From an uncultured Acidobacteriota bacterium (GTDB lineage Bacteria; Acidobacteriota; UBA6911; RPQK01; JAPXNP01), in the NCBI GenBank assembly GCA_963777605.1, contig CAVZRV010000010.1:96001-160000 (forward strand): a stretch of 64,000 nucleotides of DNA, written 5' to 3'. Below, piece after piece: positions 19,314 to 28,980 of this stretch; within the stretch, counting starts at the first letter, position 1, and each line of letters starts with the position of its first letter. The notes beneath the pieces were generated by a model. That model saw only the letters and a program-made list of their open reading frames with translations, did not search any database and was not told the origin of the DNA. The translations under genes and the position numbers were made by a program.

Positions 19314-20622
19314 ACCGCTCCACCCCGTTCAACGGATGGTTCGCAACCACAAGTCGGGCTCCCCAGTGGGCATCTACTCAGTCTGCTCAGCCAACGAGTT
19401 TGTCTTGAGGGCTGCCATGCGACAGGCGATCGAGGACAACTCGGAGTTGCTGGTCGAGGCGACCTGTAACCAGGTCAACCAGTTCGGTGGGTACACCGGA
19501 CAGACCCCAGCGCAGTTTGCAGCGTCTTTCAAGGAACTGTGCGGGGCCGAGGGGTTGCCGGTCGATTCGCTGATTCTCGGTGGTGATCACCTGGGTCCGT
19601 CGGTCTGGCAGGGAGAACCGGCCGAGCAGGCCATGAACAAGTCCAGGGTCATGGTTCGAGACTTCGTCCGTGCCGGATTTACGAAGATTCACCTTGACGC
19701 CAGCATGTCGTGCGCCGATGACCCGACCCCTGTTCCCGACAGTATAGTCGCCGAGCGCGCGGCAGAGCTCTGCCGGGTTGCGGAAGAGGCGTCCGTGGAG
19801 CGCCCCGACGGCTCTCCGGCACTTGTCTACGTGGTGGGAACCGAAGTCCCGACTCCGGGCGGAGCGCTGGAGGAACTCGACCAGCTGCAGGTGACCCGCC
19901 CTTCGGAAGCACTTGAAACCCTGGCCAACGTCCGAAAGGCGTTTGAACGGCGAGGACTCCAACAGGCCTGGGAGCGCGTAGTGGCGCTGGTGGTTCAGCC
20001 TGGTGTCGAATTCGGCGCTGACTCGGTCGTGGCCTATGATCCAGCGGCGGCCGGAGAACTCTCCCGCGCGATCGAGCCATTTGACCATCTCGTCTACGAG
20101 GCCCACTCGACCGATTACCAGCCGGCGAACGCTTTAGAGGCTTTGGTGAAAGATCACTTCGCCATTTTGAAAGTGGGTCCATGGCTCACCTTCGCGCTTC
20201 GGGAGGCGGTCTTTGCTCTCGCTCGGATCGAGGAGGAACTCCCTTCCCTTCCTCCCGATTCCAGGTCCCGGGTGCGTCAGGTCCTGGAAGAGGAAATGAA
20301 CGGAAATCCGGGTCACTGGCGCAACCACTACCACGGCGATGCCAGTCAGATTACGCTTCAGCGCGGCTTCAGTTTCAGCGACCGGATCCGCTATTACTGG
20401 CAGCGTCCCGCGGTTCAGAACGCCCTCGGGCGGTTGATTGAGAACCTGAGATCGGTGTCTCTTCCCTATACCCTTCTTCACCAGTACTTACCGGTGGAAT
20501 CCGAGGCGGCCGGCCAATCGAAGCGCCTGGCCACGCCGGAATTCTTGATCACGCTCAAAATCAGGGGGGTACTGCAGGTCTACAGCGAAGCCTGCGGAAT
20601 GGCTGAAATGCGGCAGTCCTGA
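19303..20622 (+). CDS. gatZ: GatZ/KbaZ family protein (tagatose-bisphosphate aldolase subunit / tagatose-6-P epimerase)
   Basis: GIYSVCSA, EATCNQVNQFGGYTG, GGDHLGP, KIHLDASM, GTEVPTPGG, YEAHSTDYQ, SDRIRYYW. Confidence 0.92.
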   Translation: MTTEPLHPVQRMVRNHKSGSPVGIYSVCSANEFVLRAAMRQAIEDNSELLVEATCNQVNQFGGYTGQTPAQFAASFKELCGAEGLPVDSLILGGDHLGPSVWQGEPAEQAMNKSRVMVRDFVRAGFTKIHLDASMSCADDPTPVPDSIVAERAAELCRVAEEASVERPDGSPALVYVVGTEVPTPGGALEELDQLQVTRPSEALETLANVRKAFERRGLQQAWERVVALVVQPGVEFGADSVVAYDPAAAGELSRAIEPFDHLVYEAHSTDYQPANALEALVKDHFAILKVGPWLTFALREAVFALARIEEELPSLPPDSRSRVRQVLEEEMNGNPGHWRNHYHGDASQITLQRGFSFSDRIRYYWQRPAVQNALGRLIENLRSVSLPYTLLHQYLPVESEAAGQSKRLATPEFLITLKIRGVLQVYSEACGMAEMRQS

Positions 20623-20653
20623 TCTCATTCAGTTCCGCCGAAAGGAGTTAACG

Positions 20654-22693
20654 ATGAGATACAAACTCGCTCGAATAGGCCTGCTGGGCCTGCTTTTCCC
20701 GCTGCTCGTGCTCCTCACTGCCTGTGGGCAGCAGTCAAAGATCGAATCCTCCCAAATGCGAATCGACTTCGACTCGCAGATGAAGAGCAGGGTGGTGGTT
20801 AGAAACGGAGCGGAGGACAAGGTCCTCGGCCAGTTTCGCGCATCGGAGTACCTGATCGAAAACGGCGAACCCAGGCAGGATTTCGAACTCAAGTCCTCGC
20901 GCGTCGAGTCCATCCAGGACGGTCTCGGGAAGGGTGTCCGAACGATACTCCTGGGTTCCGCCGGGGAACTCGAGAAGGAGGTGTCGGTCGATCTCTACGA
21001 CGACTTTCCGGAGATGGCCGTCTTCCGCGTGAGCTATACCAACCGGGGTCCGATCGAGCTTCCCGTCGAAGCATGGGTCAACAATGAATACGCCATCGAT
21101 TCCAACAACGCCGAACCGCCTTTCTGGTCCTTTCAGGGCTCTTCCCACGAGGACCGCAGAGACTGGGTAAGGCCGCTCGAAGTGGGGGCTTCAGAACGCA
21201 ATTACATGGGGATGAACGATTCCGACTACGGAGGGGGAATCCCGGTGGTTGCCGTCTGGCGGCCCGACGCGGGAATTGCTGTCGGCCACCTGGCCCAGGT
21301 GCCGAAGCTCAATTCCCTTCCCGTTGCTGTGCCCGACCCGAGTCACGCCGAACTGGGCGTTCGGTTCGACCTGGATCAGAACCTTCAACCGGGACAGACC
21401 CTGGAGACTCTCCCAACCTTTGTCACCACGTTCAAGGGGGACTACTTTTCCGCGCTTGAGACGTATCGCCACGTCATGATGCGAAGGGGAATTCACTTCG
21501 AGGGCTTCCCTGAAACCAGCTACGAGCCGATCTGGTGTGCCTGGGGCTACGAGCGCAATTTCACCATGGATCAAATCTACGGGACCCTTCCGAAAGTGAA
21601 GGAACTTGGGCTGAAGTGGGCCGTGCTGGACGACGGGTGGCAAACTGCCGAAGGAGACTGGTACCTCGATCCAAAGAAGTTCCCCCGGGGCGACAAGGAC
21701 ATGCTCCAGCTCACCTCGACGATTCGCAAGGCGGGCCTCCGCCCGAAACTCTGGTGGGTTCCGCTGGCGGTCGATCCTGGAACTGATCTCATCACGCAGC
21801 ATCCCGACTACGTCCTGCTCAACCCCGATGGAAAATACCAGGACATCAGCTGGTGGAACTCATACTACCTCTGCCCGGCCTACCCCCCGGTCAGAGAGTA
21901 CACCATGAATCTGGTCCGGAAGATCCTTTCCGACTGGGACTACGACGGACTCAAGATCGACGGCCAGCACCTCAACGCCGTCCCGCCCTGCACGAACCCG
22001 GCGCACCATCACGCCCGCCCCGAAGAATCGGTCGAGGCGGTCCCCGAGTTCTTCCGCGAGATCTACGAGACCGCAAAATCGATCAAGCCCGATGCCGTAG
22101 TCGAAATCTGTCCGTGCGGCACAACCTTCAGCTTCTTCAACATGCCCGGGATGAACCAGCCGGTTTCATCCGACCCGCTCAGTTCATGGCAGATCCGCCT
22201 CAAGGGAAAGACCTACAAAGCCCTCATGGGTTCTGACGTTCCCTACTACGGAGACCATGTCGAACTGAGTGACCGGCGTAGCGATTTCGCTTCGACCATT
22301 GGCATTGGCGGAGTGCCGGGAACCAAGTTCACCTGGCCGGTTGGGGCAATGAAGAAATCCCGGATCGATCTGACCCCGGAGAAGGAGGAGATCTGGGCAC
22401 ACTGGCTCGACATCTACCGGACAACTCAACTGCCCAAGGGAGAGTACCTCGGCAAGTTGTACGACATTGGCTACGATCGACCCGAAACCCATGCGATCCG
22501 TAAGGACGATCGAATGTACTATGCGTTTTACGCGGACTCCTATTCCGGCCCGGTCGAACTCCGAGGCCTCAGCGAGGGGCAGTACAAGGTCCGCGACTAC
22601 GTCAACTCGAAAGACCTTGGTACGGTCGAGGGTCCGACAGGACGGTTGGAAGTCTCCTTCGAACACAACCTCCTGATCGAAGCGTCCCAGTGA
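20654..22693 (+). CDS. GH36 alpha-galactosidase family lipoprotein
   Basis: WCAWGY, AVLDDGWQ, GLKIDG, VEICPCG; lipobox LTAC. Confidence 0.88.
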   Translation: MRYKLARIGLLGLLFPLLVLLTACGQQSKIESSQMRIDFDSQMKSRVVVRNGAEDKVLGQFRASEYLIENGEPRQDFELKSSRVESIQDGLGKGVRTILLGSAGELEKEVSVDLYDDFPEMAVFRVSYTNRGPIELPVEAWVNNEYAIDSNNAEPPFWSFQGSSHEDRRDWVRPLEVGASERNYMGMNDSDYGGGIPVVAVWRPDAGIAVGHLAQVPKLNSLPVAVPDPSHAELGVRFDLDQNLQPGQTLETLPTFVTTFKGDYFSALETYRHVMMRRGIHFEGFPETSYEPIWCAWGYERNFTMDQIYGTLPKVKELGLKWAVLDDGWQTAEGDWYLDPKKFPRGDKDMLQLTSTIRKAGLRPKLWWVPLAVDPGTDLITQHPDYVLLNPDGKYQDISWWNSYYLCPAYPPVREYTMNLVRKILSDWDYDGLKIDGQHLNAVPPCTNPAHHHARPEESVEAVPEFFREIYETAKSIKPDAVVEICPCGTTFSFFNMPGMNQPVSSDPLSSWQIRLKGKTYKALMGSDVPYYGDHVELSDRRSDFASTIGIGGVPGTKFTWPVGAMKKSRIDLTPEKEEIWAHWLDIYRTTQLPKGEYLGKLYDIGYDRPETHAIRKDDRMYYAFYADSYSGPVELRGLSEGQYKVRDYVNSKDLGTVEGPTGRLEVSFEHNLLIEASQ

Positions 22694-22829
22694 GAGTCGT
22701 TCTGCCTCAGGGCACCAGGCAAACCCCGCTGAGAACCGGCTTGGGCTGGCATTTGTAAACGAATCTCATACTGGTTTCTGACTTTCGACTCACAGCGACG
22801 GTGTGACAACACCTCGAATGGCGACGCCT

Positions 22830-25583
22830 TCAGAACGAGAAATCGTCAGAATGTGGGTCCACACGAACAACGTAGTTGGTACCGGCCGGGACGGTTAGAG
22901 AGTAGTTCCCCTGCGCATCGGTCGACGTTTGCAGAAGCAGCAAAGCCGCGTTTGGAGCACCCACCAATCCTCCGCTGCCAGTCGCTTCAATCGAGGCATC
23001 CGGAACCGGCGCTCCATCCGGGCCAGTGACCTTACCGGAAATCGTAACCGGCTGTGGAAGAGTCGGGACTTGGAGGTCCAGATTGGCGTCGGCATCGAAA
23101 CTGTGCGGATTGGCGCCCAGCAGCGGAGAGACGATTTCGGTCGAGTCACCCGGAATGCCGGGAGCGCCCAGCGAGGCAAAATACGTGTAGGTCTCGCCCC
23201 GAGGAACGACCAGGCTGTAGGCTCCACTCGCGAAGACATTCGTGCCGCTGAATCCAAGACTCTGTACAGGAAGACACTGGTGAAAACTCCGGAAGGTTGG
23301 GAATTTGAGGTTTGTTGCGCCGGCCTGCGATCTCGCAAAGTTGGCCGTCTGAGGCTGCTTGACCTGTCCGCTCACCACCACCAGGTCAGGCACGCTAAAG
23401 TTCAATCCGGAGGCGCCTCCGGGGCCAACATCGAAGGTTCCAATATCCTGAACGATACCGAATCCATTGAAGGTCACGTCGTCGACAACCTCGCCGAAAA
23501 GGAGGTTCGCGCGGTAGCTCCCCGGAGCGAGAGCGGCCGTAAACGAACCGTTTGAATTGATGCTTGCTATCGACTGAGTTGCGGAGTCGTTGGCGACCAA
23601 GTAGAGCGCTGTTCCGGTCGGAAAGACTCCAGCGGGCAGCTTACCCGTGTCGCTTAGCGTCCCGGTCACTCCGACAGTCTCGGGGTTCGGGATTGTCAGA
23701 TCATGGGTTGTCTCCCCTTCGACAGCCACCCCCGGTTCGAGATGGGTAACAATGGTGTAATAAGGCTCCCCGGCTTGCAAGGGTACAAACCGGGACGCCA
23801 GACTGGACCCCTTTCCTCCAGCAGACGCAAAGGCAACGTTTAATTCCGTACAAAAGCCCAGGTCGTAGGTACCCTTCGGAACGATGATCGAGAAGTCACC
23901 CAGTTCGCTCGTGAAAATGCCCGCATAAGAATGGCCCGAGCCGTCGACTGCGGTGATCCGGGACGTCACGTCCGATCCGGATTCAAGGGTGAGTCTGCCT
24001 TTCAACTCATAACCGGCATCGAGCTGAATGTTCTGAGCGAGATTCGAAGTCAGGTCGATTCCAGTCAGGGTCTTGGGCAGAAGATTCCCGGGATCGGGAT
24101 CCGCTCCGGCGAGACCGTCGAACAGGTCGGTGAGAACCGGCAGCGTGGTCAAAGTCGAAGGGCCTTGACGAAGGCCGACAGCAGCCAGTTCCACATCGGA
24201 GGAGACCGCCAGTTGACCGGTTGTGTTGGAGATGGAGCCGGCATCCTTCAGTTCCGTGATGAACTTGGCGAGATGTCCGAACGGGACGAGAGCTTCCGGG
24301 CCGATTCGGTATTTGAAGCTAGCGACGCCAGTCCCGGAGTTGTCAAAGAAGGTGAAGTTGACGTGGGCCGTATCCGTCCCAGAAGTGTTCTGGAAGGCAA
24401 GCCCGGTATTGAATCCGGAAGTCAAATCAATTGGGATCGTGAAATCGCGACTTACGGGAGATTTCCCGACGCCGGCCTCGACCGTGATATTCCCGTCGCC
24501 GTCGAAGAGACTGAATATTGCTGAGACGCCGATCGGAGCGGTGGATTCGATTCGAGCCGATCCCGTCGTCAACGCGCCGGTGCCGTTGGTCTCGGTAAAG
24601 ATTGCGCCGTTGGCCGGCAGTTCGAACTCGAATGTGCTCCCTGACTCACCCGTGGAAAGAGTCGTCTCGAGATCTGCGCCATCATCGTCTGTCAAAGTCA
24701 AGTCGATGGTCGCGCTGAATCCGAGGCTGAAAATCACGAACTGAGTCTTGATGCCCCCGTTGTTACCGGCGGCCCCGTTGGCAATATGAGGCAGTTTGAA
24801 TGATGTCGTCTCGGCCCCGCTCTCATCCCCAATGATCCATCGAGTAGGTACCACCGGGAGGGTCGTCAACGGAGTTGCCCTGGCTGAATTCTGGCGCAGA
24901 GTGAGAGCAGAAACCGGACCGGTGGCGGAGACCCTCAAGCACCCCTTGAAGTCACCCAACTGAGGAAACAAGCCGCCCACTTCATCGACAAAAACCGCCA
25001 GATGACCCCCTTCGGGAATATTTCGAGTCGTTGCCCCACGGAGCACTCCGTCTTCGCCGTAAAGCTCGAAGGTGACGGTTGCTTGACCCTTACCCACGTT
25101 GGCCATGGCGAGTCCGGTATTGAAGGGTCCGACCGTATTGACGGCCAGCGCGAAGGCCGACATCGCCTGCGACGTCGAAATGCCTGCCTCGGTCAGGATG
25201 GCGGTTCCTCCGTCTTTGAGGATGGTGAAGATCCCAGATATCCCGATGTCGGCATCCTCCGACAGAACGGTGGCCGACCCGACCACGAGGTCGCCCTGCC
25301 CATCGGTCTGAAGAAACCGGGACTCACCGGCGCCCAGGGAAAGAGTTTTTGCAGGTCCGGCGCTCAGGCCGGGAATATTGATCGAAACCGGGTCCCCCGA
25401 GTCATCGAAGAAGCTCAACGTGACGGTTGTATCGGTGGTGGTGCTGTTGACCAGGATAAACGTGGTTCGAATTGCATTGGCTCCGTTGGCAATATGCGGC
25501 AGTCGATATTTCAGCTGTCCCCAAAGACCACAGCAGAGGACGCCGCCAAGGATTGGCAGCAGGAATGCGTAGCGATACTTCAT
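22830..25583 (-). CDS. Large secreted protein: two ~220-aa beta-rich modules plus carboxypeptidase-regulatory-like domains
   Basis: Signal peptide MKYRYAFLL; duplicated LPHIANG...FNTGLA...LTTLPV; C-terminal ISGKVTGPDGAPVPDASI...TDAQGNYSL. Confidence 0.85.
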   Translation of the reverse strand: MKYRYAFLLPILGGVLCCGLWGQLKYRLPHIANGANAIRTTFILVNSTTTDTTVTLSFFDDSGDPVSINIPGLSAGPAKTLSLGAGESRFLQTDGQGDLVVGSATVLSEDADIGISGIFTILKDGGTAILTEAGISTSQAMSAFALAVNTVGPFNTGLAMANVGKGQATVTFELYGEDGVLRGATTRNIPEGGHLAVFVDEVGGLFPQLGDFKGCLRVSATGPVSALTLRQNSARATPLTTLPVVPTRWIIGDESGAETTSFKLPHIANGAAGNNGGIKTQFVIFSLGFSATIDLTLTDDDGADLETTLSTGESGSTFEFELPANGAIFTETNGTGALTTGSARIESTAPIGVSAIFSLFDGDGNITVEAGVGKSPVSRDFTIPIDLTSGFNTGLAFQNTSGTDTAHVNFTFFDNSGTGVASFKYRIGPEALVPFGHLAKFITELKDAGSISNTTGQLAVSSDVELAAVGLRQGPSTLTTLPVLTDLFDGLAGADPDPGNLLPKTLTGIDLTSNLAQNIQLDAGYELKGRLTLESGSDVTSRITAVDGSGHSYAGIFTSELGDFSIIVPKGTYDLGFCTELNVAFASAGGKGSSLASRFVPLQAGEPYYTIVTHLEPGVAVEGETTHDLTIPNPETVGVTGTLSDTGKLPAGVFPTGTALYLVANDSATQSIASINSNGSFTAALAPGSYRANLLFGEVVDDVTFNGFGIVQDIGTFDVGPGGASGLNFSVPDLVVVSGQVKQPQTANFARSQAGATNLKFPTFRSFHQCLPVQSLGFSGTNVFASGAYSLVVPRGETYTYFASLGAPGIPGDSTEIVSPLLGANPHSFDADANLDLQVPTLPQPVTISGKVTGPDGAPVPDASIEATGSGGLVGAPNAALLLLQTSTDAQGNYSLTVPAGTNYVVRVDPHSDDFSF

Positions 25584-25830
25584 TATTGTGACTCCCTCCC
25601 AAATTGTCGAAGCAAACCTCGGGGCAGGTGGAACACGAGGTGATGGGGCCATTGTAGCGGATCGGGAAGATAGTTTCAGGTCTGTGGGCAGGGTTGCCGG
25701 ACTGAGCGTCTGCCGTTCGCGTTGCCGAGCTCTTTGGTGGGAGACGTTGGCTCGGTTGTTTTCGTATTGACCCGTCTCGTGTGGAACTGAAGGGAGTAAT
25801 TCTCAACACGCGGCAAGGCTAACTGACTAG

Positions 25831-25998
25831 ACCTGGGATCAGCTCATCGCGGACCGCGATGCCCTTCGCGCTCATCTCGGACAAGGGAAGGTCTGGGTGG
25901 CGGGGCATTCCGAAGCCGGTACCCTGGCCCTGCGCTATGCCTGCCGGCACCCGGATCGCCTCAACGGACTCCTGATCATCGACAGGCTCCTGTGCTAA
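25831..25998 (+). pseudogene. Internal fragment of an alpha/beta hydrolase
   Basis: TWDQLIADRDALRAHLGQGKVWVAGHSEAGTLALRYACRHPDRLNGLLII; no start codon, stops on both sides. Confidence 0.75.
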
Positions 25999-26533
25999 TC
26001 AGTGGTCTCGCGTCACTCGTGGATCTTGGTGCCGTTTTGTCAATAACTAAAGCGTGTCCAGCCAAAATGCAAGTTTAAGAGTGACGGTACTTATGTATAT
26101 TCTCTAGGTGGTTACGAAACCACGCTCCAGGACTCATAATCCTGCGATGTTCATTAACCTCGTGCGGGCTCACTGAAAAGTGTGATCTGAGATCTTTGAA
26201 TTCGAAGTAGTTCGAAGTTCTAATCTCTCAGATCTCAGTTTCCATTTGTGTCCGCGAGAAACTCGCTTTGTCCAACTTCAGCCAAGATAGGGGTATATTC
26301 CTGAGGCCTGAAATAGTAGGAAGAATGGTTCGAACCAGGTCATGAATGTCGCGCATCTTTCACAGAATACTGATTCATGAAACGCTGAACAAGAATTGCA
26401 GCAGTCATTGCGATTCAGGGTGGATAGAATTTTCCGTGGAGACAGCATCTTATTTTAAGGGCTTGATTGTCCCATTTCCGCTGATGACGTACATACCCCT
26501 GCATTTCTCGGAGTCCCGGTACGCGTAGAATAC

Positions 26534-26563
26534 TTGACATACAACTCGCTGCCTAAGTAACAT
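26534..26563 (+). promoter_or_regulatory. Possible sigma70 promoter
   Basis: TTGACA-18 bp-TAACAT about 80 bp before 26645. Confidence 0.4.
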
Positions 26564-26644
26564 CAATTCTTCCTCAGCTAGCAGTCGCCCAGTGGTGCTG
26601 GTTAATGATTCCGAAACGGCTAATCACCATGGAGAGAAAATACT

Positions 26645-27670
26645 ATGTACTCCGACTTCACCAGACGCAAGTTTGTGATCAATGCAGGAGCCGCCGCCGC
26701 GTTAACTCTAATTCCAGTCGGCGCGCTGGGGAGCGAGACGACCAAGCGGCGAAATACGTTTTCAGTGAGCCTGAACTCCTACTCGTATGGGCAGTTTGAC
26801 TTGGCCCAGTGTCTTGAGCAGATCAGGAAGACGCCGATCCGCATGTTGGAGTTGCCCGTCGAGCAGGCTCGCCCCAACTCTCTGATTCCCGAGTTGATGG
26901 TGGAAGCTCCCTTGGGCGGCGAGTGGCAATACAGCCTGTCGGATCTGAAGCAACTCCTGGCGAAGGATGGTTTCCAGGCCGAGAGCCTGGATGTCTTCGG
27001 CTTCATGGGCTATCAGGGCTCGGAACCCATTATTAAGCGGCGAATCGACTTTGCGGAGCGGCTCGGGGCAAAAACCATCGTCCTCGGTTGCTACCACAAG
27101 GCCTTTGATCACAAGGCCAAAACGTCTGCAGGCGGCGAGTCCCTTGAAGCGAAAGAGGCTCGCGCCTACATTTATTCGATGCTTCGCAACGTCGCCGATT
27201 ACGCGGCAAAGAAGGACATCCGCATTGCACTGGAAATCCACGGCGGCATCACCGCGAATGCGGCGGAAGCGCTCCGTACTATGAATGAAGTGAATCGGGA
27301 GAATCTTGGTATCAACTTCGACGTCGCCAACATCCTCATTTACAACCGCGACATGGATGCCGCGGGCGCCGCACGGGAACTCCAGTCGCTTGCCAAACAC
27401 GTGTTTCACGTCCACCTGAAGGACGTTGTACGCTTGCCGGGCGAGGAGAAACCGGGCGAGGAAAAATTCGTCAACCCACGGCTTGGCCAGGGCGAGGTTG
27501 ATTTCCGCAAAGCCTTCGACATCCTTCACGGCGTCGGCTTCTACGGCCCGTTCAGCTTCGAGATCGAGACGTTTCAAAGCGATACTACTTCGAACGACAT
27601 TCGCGCCTACCAGCAGGACATGGAGGCCTCGATCGAATACTTGCGGTCGCTTGGCGAATTTGACCTTTAG
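26645..27670 (+). CDS. Tat-exported sugar phosphate isomerase/epimerase (xylose-isomerase-like TIM barrel)
   Basis: TRRKF Tat motif; IALEIHG, INFDVAN, HVHLKD, LGQGEVDF, FSFEIE. Confidence 0.9.
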   Translation: MYSDFTRRKFVINAGAAAALTLIPVGALGSETTKRRNTFSVSLNSYSYGQFDLAQCLEQIRKTPIRMLELPVEQARPNSLIPELMVEAPLGGEWQYSLSDLKQLLAKDGFQAESLDVFGFMGYQGSEPIIKRRIDFAERLGAKTIVLGCYHKAFDHKAKTSAGGESLEAKEARAYIYSMLRNVADYAAKKDIRIALEIHGGITANAAEALRTMNEVNRENLGINFDVANILIYNRDMDAAGAARELQSLAKHVFHVHLKDVVRLPGEEKPGEEKFVNPRLGQGEVDFRKAFDILHGVGFYGPFSFEIETFQSDTTSNDIRAYQQDMEASIEYLRSLGEFDL

Positions 27671-28023
27671 CTCATTGTACCCGGGCTTCGCCCAGGGAAG
27701 ATCCCCTTAGCTGCGCTTCGGAGGAAGCACTAAGCACCAAATTGGAAATCCGAAACAGGACACCCTGGACATTTCGCTCCATGTAGATTTCTTTTTATTT
27801 AATCTCCGAAAATCACCTTTCGTCGGCACTTCGGGATGAACACCACGTGATACTTACACTCCCAGTTCGTGTGCTGTAGACTGCTGTAGTTCGTCATTGA
27901 ACTCCCTTTCGTGCGGCTTTGGTCGGCTCACGAAGGGGAGTTCTCAATCAGATTTCCGCAGTTGTAAGAGTGAGACATCGGTTCCTCGACCCTGGATTAA
28001 CGGATTGGATCAGCGAAACCCAT

Positions 28024-28132
28024 GCCGTCCCGCCGAAGCGGGACTCAACGCAGAGGCGGTCGGTGATCCCAGGATTTCGCCTGCGGCTCATCCTGGGCTA
28101 CATACATTCCGCCCCGCTCGAAGCGGGGCTCA
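28024..28132. repeat. REP-like triple-hairpin extragenic element
   Basis: GTCCCGC-CGAA-GCGGGAC, CCCAGGAT...ATCCTGGG and GCCCCGCT-CGA-AGCGGGGC; first and third hairpins are related. Confidence 0.6.
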
Positions 28133-28272
28133 AAGCAGCTTACCGCCGAACCGGAGACAAACAACTTCGTCCAGGAACTTGAGGCCTTCTCGCCGATCCC
28201 CCAGTATTTGTCGGCATCCGGGTTTCCCTGAGCACCCGGATTCAGGGATACTGACCTTTCGGGAGCTACCGG

Positions 28273-28947
28273 GTGGAGAGAGGAACAGCAAACGAGGTCA
28301 GGAGAATCCAGACCGACGCCGATCTGGCCGAGGCCCTTTCGGTCCTGGACGAGGTCTACCGGCGGGAACAGGGCTGGGTTGCGGACGCAGGGAAGCTCCT
28401 GTCCGTCGAGGCGCTCTCTCCCGGGCGGGGGGCCTGGTATGTCGCGGTTCGGGACGGCCGGGGCGTCGGAGTGGTCCGGTTACTGTTCGATCTGCCGCTG
28501 GATCGTTGGCGGGAATACCCCCTGGCCGGGTTAGTGGAGTGGTCTCAACTGGAGGCGCTCGTGGCGGCCGGCCGGATCGCCGAACTCGGGAGGTTCGCGG
28601 TGCGGCCGGCATTCAGGCGGCATTCCGGGGTCGCCGTCTCGCTCCTGAGGGAAGCTTTGACTGAGGTGGTGCGACGGGGCGGCACGCACTTGCTCACCGA
28701 CGTTTTCGAGGGTGGCGCACACAACCCGCTCCGATTTCTTCTCAAGGTGGCAGGATTCGCCCCGGTAGCCCGGCACCAGTCGGGAGAACTGTCCTGCTCT
28801 CATCCTCGCGTGGCACTGATCATGGACCTGGTGGCCGCCTACGGCCGGGTGCGGAAAGACAATCCGGCACTCTTCCGAATGTTCACAAGAATGTGGACTG
28901 CGGAGCTTCATGCCAGTATGCTAGAGAGCGCCCGGGAGACCGAATAG
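28273..28947 (+). CDS. GNAT-fold acyltransferase (FeeM / acyl-homoserine-lactone-synthase-like)
   Basis: VYRREQGW, VGVVRL, IAELGRFAVRPAFR. Confidence 0.75.
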   Translation: MERGTANEVRRIQTDADLAEALSVLDEVYRREQGWVADAGKLLSVEALSPGRGAWYVAVRDGRGVGVVRLLFDLPLDRWREYPLAGLVEWSQLEALVAAGRIAELGRFAVRPAFRRHSGVAVSLLREALTEVVRRGGTHLLTDVFEGGAHNPLRFLLKVAGFAPVARHQSGELSCSHPRVALIMDLVAAYGRVRKDNPALFRMFTRMWTAELHASMLESARETE

Positions 28948-28980
28948 GCTGTCCTTTCGGGATGACGAGAGGATAATCGC

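Noticed and set aside
26000-26640. IS element, tRNA or riboswitch in the AT-rich gap
   Set aside because: No terminal inverted repeats, transposase remnant, cloverleaf or recognisable aptamer; only a weak hairpin near 26183-26237
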